Below are positions 20,874 to 32,010 of a DNA stretch of 64,000 bases, piece after piece; position 1 is the first letter of the stretch, and each line of letters begins with the position of its first letter. Source of the DNA: Alphaproteobacteria bacterium (GTDB lineage: Bacteria; Pseudomonadota; Alphaproteobacteria; CALKHQ01); NCBI GenBank assembly GCA_965227515.1, contig CBDDFZ010000001.1:704001-768000 (forward strand). The letters are read 5' to 3'. The notes below the pieces were generated by a model. The model worked only from the letters and a program-made list of their open reading frames with translations. It made no database searches and had not been told where the DNA came from. The translations under genes and the position numbers were made by a program.

Positions 20874-22148
20874 TTATTGTGCCGCCAGCCATTTCTGCTG
20901 GGCCTCGGTCAGGTAGTCGGCCCATTCGGTCACGACCTCGTCGACCGTGCGCTCACCGAGCAGCATCTCCTGCGCGGTCTGGATCGACAGCACGTCGGCG
21001 AAATAGGCGTACTCTTCCAGATAGGCCGGGTAGGGCAGCGGCTCCCAGCGCGGGTCGTTCAGCTCGGTCAGCCAGCCCGCGAACTGCTCGCCGGCGAAAT
21101 AGGGGTCGTCGGCCGCCGCGTTGCAGATCGGGATCACGCCGACCAGCTTGGCCCATTCAAGATTGGCCTCGCAGCCCGACAGGAAGGAGATCAGCTCGAA
21201 GGCCGCGTCCTGGTCCACCGTGCCCGTCATCATCGACCAGCCGGCGTAACCGATGGACGGGTACGACTTGCCGTTGGGGCCCAGCGGCAGCGGGGCGACG
21301 GCGAAGTCGTTCGGGTCCATGTACTGCGACACCGCGATCAGCGCGTCCGGATCCTGGTCCAGCATGGCGCAATTGCCGGAATAGAAGCCGGCGACGATCT
21401 CGTTGAAGCCCCAGTTCACGCTGTCGCGGGGCGCCCAGCCGTTCTGGTAGATGTCGACCAGCATCTGCGCGCCGGCCTTGGCCGCGTCGCTGTAGAAGAT
21501 CGACTGGCCGTCCTCGTCGAACCACTGGCCCGACCCTTCCATCGCGGTCATCGCCAGCAGCCAGCCGGTGGTGCCGCCGGGCCCGCCGCGCAGGCAATAA
21601 CCGGTCTTGCCGTCGCCGAGCGCGGTCACCGCCTCGGCCGCGGCGACGAAGTCGTCCCAGGTCTCCGGCGGCCCGTCGAGGCCGGCCTCGGCGAACAGCG
21701 TGGTGTTGTAGAACAGCGCGCGCAGATAGAAGCCGTAGGGCACCATGTGCAGGCTGCCGTCGACCACGCGGCCGTACTCGATCGCTGCTTCGCTGACCGT
21801 GTCCTTGCCGTCCCAGGCCTGGAACATCGCTTCCATGTCGACGAGCTGGCCGTTGTTGGCGTAGAGCGACATCCACCGCTCAGGCATCTCGACCACGTCG
21901 ATGGTCTGCCCGCCCTGCACCATGGTCGCCAGCTTCTCGAACGCCTGACCCCAGGGCAGCGAGATGATCTCCACCTCGACGCCGGGATTGGCGGCTTCGA
22001 ACTGGTCGACCAGCCCCTGCAGCAGCTCGGTGCGCGGCGGGCTGGTGATCACTTCGACCAGGGTCAGCTGGGTCTGGGCCAGTGCCGGGGTGGCGAAGGC
22101 GCCGGCCAGCAGCCCGGCAAGCGTGGTTTTAACAACCATGCGTTTCAT
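20874..22148 (-). CDS. CUT1-family ABC substrate-binding protein
   Basis: Signal peptide; FEAANPGVEVE and LFYN..LF.EAG..PETWDDF motifs. Confidence 0.9.
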   Translation of the reverse strand: MKRMVVKTTLAGLLAGAFATPALAQTQLTLVEVITSPPRTELLQGLVDQFEAANPGVEVEIISLPWGQAFEKLATMVQGGQTIDVVEMPERWMSLYANNGQLVDMEAMFQAWDGKDTVSEAAIEYGRVVDGSLHMVPYGFYLRALFYNTTLFAEAGLDGPPETWDDFVAAAEAVTALGDGKTGYCLRGGPGGTTGWLLAMTAMEGSGQWFDEDGQSIFYSDAAKAGAQMLVDIYQNGWAPRDSVNWGFNEIVAGFYSGNCAMLDQDPDALIAVSQYMDPNDFAVAPLPLGPNGKSYPSIGYAGWSMMTGTVDQDAAFELISFLSGCEANLEWAKLVGVIPICNAAADDPYFAGEQFAGWLTELNDPRWEPLPYPAYLEEYAYFADVLSIQTAQEMLLGERTVDEVVTEWADYLTEAQQKWLAAQ

Positions 22149-22152
22149 CGAT

Positions 22153-23448
22153 CTATCCTCCTTCGTTGACCAGATCTTGGTTCTCTCGGGTCTCTTGGTT
22201 CGGTGCGGCCGTCGTCGGGTTGTCCATTGTTTCGGCGGCCGTCGCGGCCGACAACGCCTGGGCGAGGTCGGCCCACAAATCGTCGGCCCCTTCCAGGCCG
22301 ACGCTGAGGCGTATCAGGCGGTCGGATACGCCGAATGCGATCAGGGAATTGGCGGTGTCCTGGGTCAGCCCCAGGCCGAGCTGGGCCGGAAACACCAGGC
22401 TCTCGTGGCCGCCCCAGCTCACGCCGAGCCGAAAGATCTTCAGGGCGTCGCAGAATGCGGGCACGTCAACGCCGGCAGCGACCTCGAAGCCGAACAGGCC
22501 GGAGTGGCCGCTGAGATAGGGGGACGCGTCGGGCCCGGGCAGACGCACCCGGGTGACATGCGGATGCGCACGCAGCCGCGCGGCCAGGGTGGCGGTGCTT
22601 TCCATGTGGCGGGCCATGCGCAGATGCAGCGTGCGCATGCCGCGCAACAGCAGCCAACCCTCGAACGGCGACAGCTTCGGCCCGAGCAGCGGGAAGGTCA
22701 GCGATTTGATGCGCGCCATGTGGTCGTGGTCGGTGACGATGACGCCGGCCACGGTGTCGGAATGGCCGGACAGGTACTTGCTGGCCGAATGCACGACGAT
22801 GTCGACGCCGTGCTCAAGCGGGCGCTGGAACACCGGGGTCGCCCAGGAATTGTCGATGATGCTGGTGACGCCGTGGCTGCGGGCGAGCGCGGCAAGGCGG
22901 GCGATATCCTGGGTCTCGAACGTCAGGCTGGTCGGGCTTTCCAGGTAGAGCAGGCGCGCGCCCGGCAGCGCCGCCGCGACCGCATCCTCGTCACGTCCGT
23001 CGACATACTCGGTGGTGATGCCGAACCGCCGGCAATGCTTCTCGAACAGGCGAAAGGCATCTGGGTAGACGTCGCGCACGCACACGATGCGGTCGCCGGC
23101 CGCCACATGGGCGAGCACGGCGGACGAGATCGCCGCCATGCCGGACGAGACGGCGCGGGCCGCGGTGCCGCCCTCCGCCACCAGCACCTTGTCCTCGAAC
23201 GCCTGGACGGTGGGGTTGCCGACCCGTGAGTAGACATGGGCGGTGTCGCGCTCGTGGAACCGGTCCTCCATCGCGCGGTAGCTGTCGAACGTGAACAGCG
23301 AGGACTGCACGATCGGCGGCACCACCGCGTTGAACGGCAGGTCCTCGTCGTGGGTCATCAGCGTGTCGAGCGACAGTGTGCGCGGCTCGTCCGGGGCGGG
23401 TGACGGGCCGGCAGGTGGTGGGCCTTTTGGGGGCATGTCGTCGGTCAT
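22153..23448 (-). CDS. Cys/Met metabolism PLP-dependent enzyme (cystathionine gamma-synthase/lyase family)
   Basis: YSRVGNPT, SSGMAAI, LESP, DNSWATP, HSASKY (PLP lysine), GVSWGGHES and RLSVGLE. Confidence 0.9.
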   Translation of the reverse strand: MTDDMPPKGPPPAGPSPAPDEPRTLSLDTLMTHDEDLPFNAVVPPIVQSSLFTFDSYRAMEDRFHERDTAHVYSRVGNPTVQAFEDKVLVAEGGTAARAVSSGMAAISSAVLAHVAAGDRIVCVRDVYPDAFRLFEKHCRRFGITTEYVDGRDEDAVAAALPGARLLYLESPTSLTFETQDIARLAALARSHGVTSIIDNSWATPVFQRPLEHGVDIVVHSASKYLSGHSDTVAGVIVTDHDHMARIKSLTFPLLGPKLSPFEGWLLLRGMRTLHLRMARHMESTATLAARLRAHPHVTRVRLPGPDASPYLSGHSGLFGFEVAAGVDVPAFCDALKIFRLGVSWGGHESLVFPAQLGLGLTQDTANSLIAFGVSDRLIRLSVGLEGADDLWADLAQALSAATAAETMDNPTTAAPNQETRENQDLVNEGG

Positions 23449-24194
23449 GGGGCACCTATGGCGTCCAGCTCCTCGAGCAGGATGTCGAGGATGCGGCCGA
23501 TGGCGACGCGGGCCGCTTCGGCATCGCGCGCGGCGATGGCGTCGGCCAGCACGCGATGCAGCGGGAAGCTTGCGTCGCCATAGTCCTTGTCGCGGAACGG
23601 CGTGTCGTAGGCGGTGTCGAACGCCACCTGCAACTGGCCGATCAGATGGCTGAAAACCACGTTGTGGGCGCCGTCGTAAATCGCCTGGTGGAACGCGCGG
23701 TCGTGGTCGTGGGAAGCGCCATAACGCGCATGCGCGGCATCGAGCGCGCGAAAGCGCTCGGCGATGATCTCCAGCTCGGCATCGGTGGCGCGCTCGCAGG
23801 CCAGGCCCACCACCTCCAGCTCCAGTGCGCGCCGCACCTCCACCATCCGGCGCAGGGCCTCGCGCTCGAACTGTACCGCGACCGGCACGTGGCGGGTGTC
23901 CGGGTCGACCTTGGTCAACAGGAAGGTGCCGCTGCCCTTGCGCCGCTCGACCACGCCCAGCGCGGCCCAACGGCTCAGCGCCTCGCGCACGGTGGACCGG
24001 CCGACGCCCAGCCGCTCGGCCAGCTCGCGCTCGGCCGGCAGGCGGTCGCCCGGCTGCATGGCGGTGCCGCCGATCAGGGCGGCCAGCCGTTCCAGCACCA
24101 CGATGTCGCGCGACTTGGTCTCGACCGGGCGCAAATAGCGCGCGACGTCGTCGCTGGCATCGTTACCCGAGGGCGTGGGGTGGCTGTCGTTCAT
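23445..24194 (-). CDS. FadR/GntR transcriptional regulator
   Basis: PGDRLPAERELAERLGVGRSTVREA helix-turn-helix; FCD domain. Confidence 0.92.
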   Translation of the reverse strand: MNDSHPTPSGNDASDDVARYLRPVETKSRDIVVLERLAALIGGTAMQPGDRLPAERELAERLGVGRSTVREALSRWAALGVVERRKGSGTFLLTKVDPDTRHVPVAVQFEREALRRMVEVRRALELEVVGLACERATDAELEIIAERFRALDAAHARYGASHDHDRAFHQAIYDGAHNVVFSHLIGQLQVAFDTAYDTPFRDKDYGDASFPLHRVLADAIAARDAEAARVAIGRILDILLEELDAIGAP

Positions 24195-24208
24195 CGTTCC
24201 GACGCCAT

Positions 24209-24231
24209 ATTGGTCATGTTGTCAGACCAAT
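24209..24231. promoter_or_regulatory. FadR-type operator (probably autoregulatory)
   Basis: ATTGGTC-atgttgtca-GACCAAT inverted repeat containing TTGGTCTGACAA, 14 bp upstream of the regulator start. Confidence 0.65.
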
Positions 24232-24357
24232 TTCAAGTGGCGGCAGTTAGTCACCTGGGGCTGGACGCTACCGGTCCCGTTGTGGCGGTCGGGCATGTGG
24301 CCCAGGGCAGCCACACATAACGGTTGGGGTTGCTCGATCGATGCAACATGAAGAACC

Positions 24358-24536
24358 TGTCGTCCTCACCCTTGTGGTGAGGACCCATTTATGTCCCGAA
24401 ACTCAATAGGTTGGCATCGATCGACATCTGAATTGGCGGTCGACCGAATGCGATAGGCCCTACAGCCCGTTGTCTTCAGCACTGGCTGGGACTGCCACGC
24501 AAATGGGCCCTCGCGACAGGTGCGAGGGCGACGACA
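24358..24536. repeat. Bipartite repeat family B, copy 2
   Basis: GTCGTCCTCACCCTTGTGGTGAGGACCCAT...ATGGGCCCTCGCGACAGGTGCGAGGGCGACGAC. Confidence 0.85.
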
Positions 24537-24584
24537 CTTGTGTCTATTGAGGCAACCGTTACCGAACGCGCTTCGGCGACTGGC

Positions 24585-25424
24585 CTACCGGGTCGTCGCG
24601 GAGAAGTCCCAGTACAGTTCGCGGGCGCGGCGGAACATCGGCCCCGGCTGCAGGTCGCGGTCCTCGAACCGGGTGCACGGCATCACCTTGCCGTAGTTGC
24701 CGGAATTGAAGATCTCGTCGGCGTCATTGAGCTCGCCGGGCGCGATCACCCGCTCATGCACGGTGATGCCGTCATCGCGCAACAGCTTGATCACCCGCTG
24801 GCGGGTGATGCCGTTCAGGAAGGTGCCGTTGGAGACCGGGGTGTGCACCTCGCCGTCCTTGGCCATGAACAGGTTGGCGAACGCGAACTCGGCGATGTTG
24901 CCCATGGCATCGAGCACGACAGAGGCGAAATAGCCGCGCCGCTTCGCCTCTTTCATGGCGAGCCCGAGATTGGGGTAGTGGCACGACGCCTTGGCCAGGG
25001 TCGGCGCGGCGGCGGCCACGGGGCGGCGATGACCGGTGATGCAAGCGCTGAAGCCGTCGGCGGACGGCAGCGGCGCCACCCACATCACCAGCGCGAAGCG
25101 GGTGCTCTCCGGCTCCGGGGCGATGAAGCCTTCCTCGGCCCAGAACATCGGCCGCACATAGATCGCGGCGCCCTCGGCGAAGCGCCTGGCGCCGTCATGG
25201 ACCAGTTGCTCGATGTCACCGGCGGAGATGTCTGGCTCGAGCCCCAGCTCATGGGCCGAATTGATCGCCCGCGCGCAGTGGCGGTCCATATCCGGGGCCA
25301 TGCCGTCGAAGTGGCGCGCGCCGTCGAACACCACCGAGCCCAGCCAGGCGCCGTGGGTCGACGCCTTCATCAGATAGGGGTCGCCCTCGTGCCAGCGGCC
25401 CTCGAAATAGGTCAAGCGCTCCAT
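24585..25424 (-). CDS. Class IV (branched-chain-type) aminotransferase
   Basis: VFDGAR, AKASCHY, E....NLF, FLNGITRQ and SGNYGKV motifs. Confidence 0.88.
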   Translation of the reverse strand: MERLTYFEGRWHEGDPYLMKASTHGAWLGSVVFDGARHFDGMAPDMDRHCARAINSAHELGLEPDISAGDIEQLVHDGARRFAEGAAIYVRPMFWAEEGFIAPEPESTRFALVMWVAPLPSADGFSACITGHRRPVAAAAPTLAKASCHYPNLGLAMKEAKRRGYFASVVLDAMGNIAEFAFANLFMAKDGEVHTPVSNGTFLNGITRQRVIKLLRDDGITVHERVIAPGELNDADEIFNSGNYGKVMPCTRFEDRDLQPGPMFRRARELYWDFSATTR

Positions 25425-25494
25425 GCCGCCTCCCGGGGTTGCAGTCTGCCCCGGTTATGGCGCGGCACAGGCGCGTTTACAATAAGGGCGTCAC

Positions 25495-26097
25495 CTATTC
25501 CGGCGCGGTGTCCAGGTCGGAAATACGCGGGCGGAAGAACGCGCGGTGATAGACCGGCTCGTCCGGCTGCACGAACCGCAGCAGTATCGATTCATAGTCG
25601 TACCACGCCTCGCCGATAATCACGGTCTCGCCCTCCGGCAGCACGAAGCCTTCCGGCAGGTTGGCCGCCGCGCCGACGACGGTGCCGATATCGCTGTCCT
25701 GCACCAGGTCGCCCAGCTCGCTCAGCTGCCAGGCGATGCGGGCGATGTCGTCCTCCTCGCGGGTGACGGCGGTGATCGTCACCAGGCCGTTGGCCGAGAT
25801 GTCGAAGGGGGCGGCGATGTGCGGCGCGATGCCGAACAGGGACTGCACCTCGGCCAGGGTGACGTCGTCGTCGGACTGGGCGACCAGGTCGGCCACCGAC
25901 GAGGAGACGCGCTCCAGCTTCTGGTGCAGCAGGATATAGCGGCCGATCTCGACCGATCCGAGCAGCAGCACGATCAGGATCGGAAAGACGAAGGCGGATT
26001 CGACCAGAATGGCGCCGTTTTCCGCCCGCAGGAAACGGACGAACGGAGACATCGATCGCCGCGCCCATACCTGGGCGCTTTTCATGATCGCGGTCAT
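25495..26097 (-). CDS. TadE/TadF-like pseudopilin
   Basis: ENGAILVESAFVFP prepilin cleavage motif followed by a hydrophobic helix. Confidence 0.85.
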   Translation of the reverse strand: MTAIMKSAQVWARRSMSPFVRFLRAENGAILVESAFVFPILIVLLLGSVEIGRYILLHQKLERVSSSVADLVAQSDDDVTLAEVQSLFGIAPHIAAPFDISANGLVTITAVTREEDDIARIAWQLSELGDLVQDSDIGTVVGAAANLPEGFVLPEGETVIIGEAWYDYESILLRFVQPDEPVYHRAFFRPRISDLDTAPE

Positions 26098-26717
26098 CAG
26101 ATGATATCCCATGGCTCGTTGCGCACAGCCACGCTGGCGCTGATGGTGAACAGGCCCTCCTGGCCCAGCAGGGACGCCATGAACGGCGTGAACAGCGCCC
26201 ATTCCGCGTTAACCCTGTACATCACGATCTCATTGGCATCGCCCGCGCCCGGCGTGCCGGGGTCGCCATCCCAACTGCCATTGCCGTTGGTGTCGACATA
26301 GGGCTCGCCGTCGTCGTACTCGCCATTGGTGTTGACGTCGGTATAGGGCTCGTCGTCGGCGATCTCGGCGAAGCTGTCATAGACGCTGACGTCGACGTTG
26401 CTGCTGTCGATGGTGAGCAGGCCCAGGGTGCGCTGTTCGACGATGGAGATGATGTACTCCTCGCGCGACTGGCCCTCCATCTCCAGGCCGGTCAGGCCGT
26501 AGCGCGCGGCGTCGCGCACGCTGCTCTCGACCATGATGTTAAGGAACATCACCATCGAGACCTCGACGATGCCGATCAGCGTCATGATCAGCAGCGGGCC
26601 GATCAGCGCGTATTCCACCATCGCGGCACCTTCGCGCTCGCGCCGCCAGCGTGCCGCCAGCCGCGCCATGCGCGACGCCGCGATTGCCCTGCCGAGCGCG
26701 CGTGCGTTAACGTTCAT
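26097..26717 (-). CDS. tadE: TadE-like pseudopilin
   Basis: EGAAMVEYALIGP motif, DAARYG, C-terminal RNEPW. Confidence 0.85.
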   Translation of the reverse strand: MNVNARALGRAIAASRMARLAARWRREREGAAMVEYALIGPLLIMTLIGIVEVSMVMFLNIMVESSVRDAARYGLTGLEMEGQSREEYIISIVEQRTLGLLTIDSSNVDVSVYDSFAEIADDEPYTDVNTNGEYDDGEPYVDTNGNGSWDGDPGTPGAGDANEIVMYRVNAEWALFTPFMASLLGQEGLFTISASVAVRNEPWDII

Positions 26718-26776
26718 TGCAACCCGTCCCGTGCTGTCCGCGCACGCCTTTGAACTTCTGTTCATGATGGTCACCG

Positions 26777-26818
26777 TTTACCAAGAAGTAATCTTGTCGG
26801 AGTACTGCCGTTAACCAT
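26777..26818. promoter_or_regulatory. CtrA-like sites in the divergent tadE/tadD promoter
   Basis: TTTA-N7-GTAA (26777-26791) and TTAACCAT half site (26811-26818). Confidence 0.4.
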
Positions 26819-26842
26819 AGACCGACCGAGAGGCCCTGAAGG

Positions 26843-27856
26843 ATGAGACCGCCCCGGATGATCAAGTCCATGAGCATTCGTCGATCCCTCGCCACGGCAG
26901 TTTGCTGTGTGGGATTGACGGCCTGCGGTAATTTCGACCTGAGCCGCATCTTCGATGGCGAGACCTCGCAGGCTGCCGAGGACTCCGAGCGACTGATCCG
27001 GATGGGCGACTACGCGCTGGGCCAGGGCGACCGCGCGACGGCGTTCGCGCTCTACCAGCAGGCCCACCTGCGCGACCCCAACGCGACCGACCCCCTGCTG
27101 CGCCTGGGTGCGATGAACTCGTCGCTGGGCGCTTACAGCTCGGCCGCGGAGGCTTACGAATTCGCGGCGGTCAACGACCCCGACAACGCCGATGCGCTGC
27201 GCGGCCTGGCCAACTCGCTGCTGGCGCAGACCATGCCGGAGCAGGCGCTGCCCTATCTGTTGCGGGCGGCGGAACTGGAAGACAGCGCGTCGCTGCGCAA
27301 CAGCCTGGGCGTCGCCTACGACCTTATGGGCGACCACCTCTCGGCCCAGCAGCACTACCAGCTCGGCCTGTCCGATGCGCCGGCCGACACCGACCTCACC
27401 AACAACATGGCGCTGTCGCTGGCGCTGGGCGGCCAGTACGACATGGCCATCGGCATGATCGAGCAGATCGTCAGCAGCGGCCGCGCCAATGTCCGCCATC
27501 GCCAGAACCTGGCGCTGGTGCTGGGCCTGGCCGGCCGCGACGACGAGGCCGCCGCGGTGGCGCGCATCGATCTCGGCCCGGCGCAAGTCGCCGCCAATCT
27601 GGACTACTACCAGCTCCTGCGCTCGATCGAGCCGTCGTCCGCCCGCGCGATCGCCATCGGCGGCGGCATGGGCGCGCCGGAGGAAAGCGCGTTCGCGCCG
27701 CAGGACGGCACGCTGATCGGCTGGCTGAACAGCGATCCCACCGCCCACGACTGGCGCATCGGCACCGACGACGTGGCGGCGCATCTGGCGCGCGCCTGGC
27801 TCGACGACGCCGGCGTGACCGAGATGGACACGCTGATCGCCAGCCATATCGAATAG
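26843..27856 (+). CDS. tadD: TadD/CpaO-like TPR lipoprotein (pilotin)
   Basis: LTAC lipobox; NSLGVAYDLMG, NNMALS and RQNLALVLGLAG motifs; start uncertain. Confidence 0.8.
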   Translation: MRPPRMIKSMSIRRSLATAVCCVGLTACGNFDLSRIFDGETSQAAEDSERLIRMGDYALGQGDRATAFALYQQAHLRDPNATDPLLRLGAMNSSLGAYSSAAEAYEFAAVNDPDNADALRGLANSLLAQTMPEQALPYLLRAAELEDSASLRNSLGVAYDLMGDHLSAQQHYQLGLSDAPADTDLTNNMALSLALGGQYDMAIGMIEQIVSSGRANVRHRQNLALVLGLAGRDDEAAAVARIDLGPAQVAANLDYYQLLRSIEPSSARAIAIGGGMGAPEESAFAPQDGTLIGWLNSDPTAHDWRIGTDDVAAHLARAWLDDAGVTEMDTLIASHIE

Positions 27857-27957
27857 CGGCCAACCGACAATTCGAGCGGCTGACGCCCTCGCCGGTGCGG
27901 CAGCCAGGGACCCAGTCTTCGCAGTCGGGTCGCTCAATCCCCGATACAATCCAGTGA

Positions 27958-28135
27958 TGTCGTCCTCGCCTTTATGGCGAGGACCCATTGTTGTCCCGCA
28001 TGCCGGGCGTTGAGTGACATGCTCTGTCTTGGAGGGCAGTTGCCCGTTCCCGATGGGCCCAATCCGCCAGCATTCTTCGGTGCTCGACCAAGACGCCCCG
28101 CAAATGGGCCCTCGCGACAAGCGCGAGGGCGACGA
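27958..28135. repeat. Bipartite repeat family B, copy 3
   Basis: GTCGTCCTCGCCTTTATGGCGAGGACCCAT...ATGGGCCCTCGCGACAAGCGCGAGGGCGACGA. Confidence 0.85.
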
Positions 28136-28242
28136 TGGTGTGTTTGCCCGCGTAGCAAAGCACATGGCGCCATTGCGGCTTGTCGCTCTCGGCACGGGGG
28201 CCGAGGCCGTCGCATATTTTGCGAAGCAGAAGGCCGACACCA

Positions 28243-29220
28243 TCAGAACACGTCCTTGATGGCGTCGATGGCGTTCAGCACCGACGGCGCCAGCAGCACG
28301 ATGAACAGCGGCGGCAGGATGAAGATGATCATCGGCACGGTCAGCACGGCCGGCAGCCGGGCCGCCTTCTCCTCCGCCTTCATCAGCCGCTCGTTGCGCA
28401 GCTCGGCGGCCAGAATGCGCAGCGAATGCGCCAGCGGCGTACCGTATTTCTCGGTCTGCATCAGCGTGTTGACCAGGGCGCGCATGGCCGCCAAGCCGGT
28501 CCGCTGGGCCAGATTGTCCAGCGCCTTGCGCCGTTCCGGCAGAAAGCTCAGCTCGACCGACGTCAGCGCCAACTCCTCGGCCAGGTCGGGATTGCTCAGG
28601 CTCATTTCGTCCGCGACCCGGTTGATCGCGGAATCCAGGTGCAGGCCGGCCTCGGCGCAGATCACCAGCAGATCCAGCGCATCGGGCAGGCCCTTCTGCA
28701 GCGATTGCTTGCGCTTGGAAGCCCGGTTGTAGACGTAGATGTCGGGGCCGAAATAACCCAGCAGGCCGGCGCCGATGACCGCCAGCATCTTGCCGAACCC
28801 GGACAGTTCGTAGAGCTCGGCGATGTAGACCGCGAACACCGCCACGCCGACGAACACGATCGGCAGCGCGATCTTGGCGAACATGAACTTGACCGGCGCA
28901 TCCGCGCTGCGGATGCCGCCGCGCGACAGCTTCATGTTGAGCGCTTCGGAGCTGTGCGACTTCATCAGCTTCAGTTTGCTGACGACAGTGCGCATCAGGC
29001 TCATCGCGGTTTCGCTGCTACGGCGCCGCTTCGGTGCCAGCGCGTCCTCGCGCAGGGCGGCGCGGTGTGCCAGCAGCTGGCGGGCGCGCTTGGCCATGGT
29101 GTTGTTGGGCACCAGCGCCATCCACAGCGCCAGCACCGTCAGCACGGCGGCCACCGCCGCCAGCGTGACGATGAAGTCGCCGGTCTCCATGCCGAACGGG
29201 ATCAGGTCTTCAAGGCTCAT
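28243..29220 (-). CDS. tadC: Tad pilus platform protein TadC
   Basis: LPDALDLLVICAEAG, QTEKYGTP and AEEKAARLP motifs. Confidence 0.92.
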   Translation of the reverse strand: MSLEDLIPFGMETGDFIVTLAAVAAVLTVLALWMALVPNNTMAKRARQLLAHRAALREDALAPKRRRSSETAMSLMRTVVSKLKLMKSHSSEALNMKLSRGGIRSADAPVKFMFAKIALPIVFVGVAVFAVYIAELYELSGFGKMLAVIGAGLLGYFGPDIYVYNRASKRKQSLQKGLPDALDLLVICAEAGLHLDSAINRVADEMSLSNPDLAEELALTSVELSFLPERRKALDNLAQRTGLAAMRALVNTLMQTEKYGTPLAHSLRILAAELRNERLMKAEEKAARLPAVLTVPMIIFILPPLFIVLLAPSVLNAIDAIKDVF

Positions 29221-30242
29221 ATCTCGAACCTCACCATCTTGGCCATCGCGGCAAAGCCGCAGAACAGCCACAACAGGCCGATCGCCAGCAGGACCTGACC
29301 GCGGGAATCGTAGAGCAGCGGATCGGAATAGCCGGCACTGATGGTGTTCAACAGGAAGAACATGACGAACGGCAGCGAGCCGATGATCAGCGCGCTGGCG
29401 CGTGCCTCCGACGACAGCGCCTTGATCTTCAGCTTGGCCTGCGCCCGCTTGCGCAGGATGTCGCTCAGGTTGGTCAGGGTCTCGGCCAGGTTACCGCCGG
29501 TCTCGCGCTGGATCGCCAGCGAGATGACGAAGAACTTGAACTCCGGCATGCCGATCCGCTCGGCCGCCGCCCACAAGGCTTCGTCCACCGACTTGCCGAA
29601 CTTGATCTGCTCGGTGATCGTGTGGAATTCGGTGCCCACGGGCGCGGCCATCTCGTTGCCGACCGTGGTCATGGACTCGGTGATCGGCAGGCCCGACTTC
29701 AGGCCGCGGACCAACAGGTCGATCGCCTCCGGAAACAGCTTGGTGAACTTGGCGCGCCGGCCTGCGATCATCCGGCCGACGACGAAGTGCGGCACCAGCA
29801 GCCCCATCACCAGGCCGAACAAGGCACTGGCGGCCAGCGGCAGGCCGATGAACTGCTTGATCAGGAACGTGAAGGCCATGATGGCGATGAACACCGCCAT
29901 CACGTACTCGCCGAGCTTGATGTTCTTGCCGGTGCGGCCCAGGCGGTATCGCAACAGGTCCGGACGCGGCACGAAGCGCTTCACCGCCATGTCGACGACG
30001 CCGAACGAACTGTCGGACGTCTTGATGCGCAGCTCCCGCGGCGCCTGCTGGGCGTCTTCCTCGACGTACTCGCCCTTGGCGCGCCGCATCACGGCGTTGG
30101 TGCGCCGCCGCCGCTTGGCACTGTTGTCGTTGCTGGCGGTCAGCGCGAGCCCGAGCAGCAGCACGACGAACACGGCGCCCACGCCGAGCAGCAGCATCGG
30201 CATCGGAATGCCGGCCACCTCCATCTCCATGAATCCGTCCAT
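29217..30242 (-). CDS. tadB: Tad pilus platform protein TadB
   Basis: FPEAIDLLVRGLKSGLP and IQRETGGNLAE motifs. Confidence 0.92.
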   Translation of the reverse strand: MDGFMEMEVAGIPMPMLLLGVGAVFVVLLLGLALTASNDNSAKRRRRTNAVMRRAKGEYVEEDAQQAPRELRIKTSDSSFGVVDMAVKRFVPRPDLLRYRLGRTGKNIKLGEYVMAVFIAIMAFTFLIKQFIGLPLAASALFGLVMGLLVPHFVVGRMIAGRRAKFTKLFPEAIDLLVRGLKSGLPITESMTTVGNEMAAPVGTEFHTITEQIKFGKSVDEALWAAAERIGMPEFKFFVISLAIQRETGGNLAETLTNLSDILRKRAQAKLKIKALSSEARASALIIGSLPFVMFFLLNTISAGYSDPLLYDSRGQVLLAIGLLWLFCGFAAMAKMVRFEI

Positions 30243-30274
30243 GCGTCGCGTCCTCGTCGCTGCCGGCGTCCGGG

Positions 30275-31936
<1,662 letters not shown>

Positions 31937-32010
31937 ACCTGCTCTCTTTCAGTGCGGCCATTGCATGCCCCCCCATGGGCGGCTGGTCGCTTCCTGGCCT
32001 GCCGCCGCAA

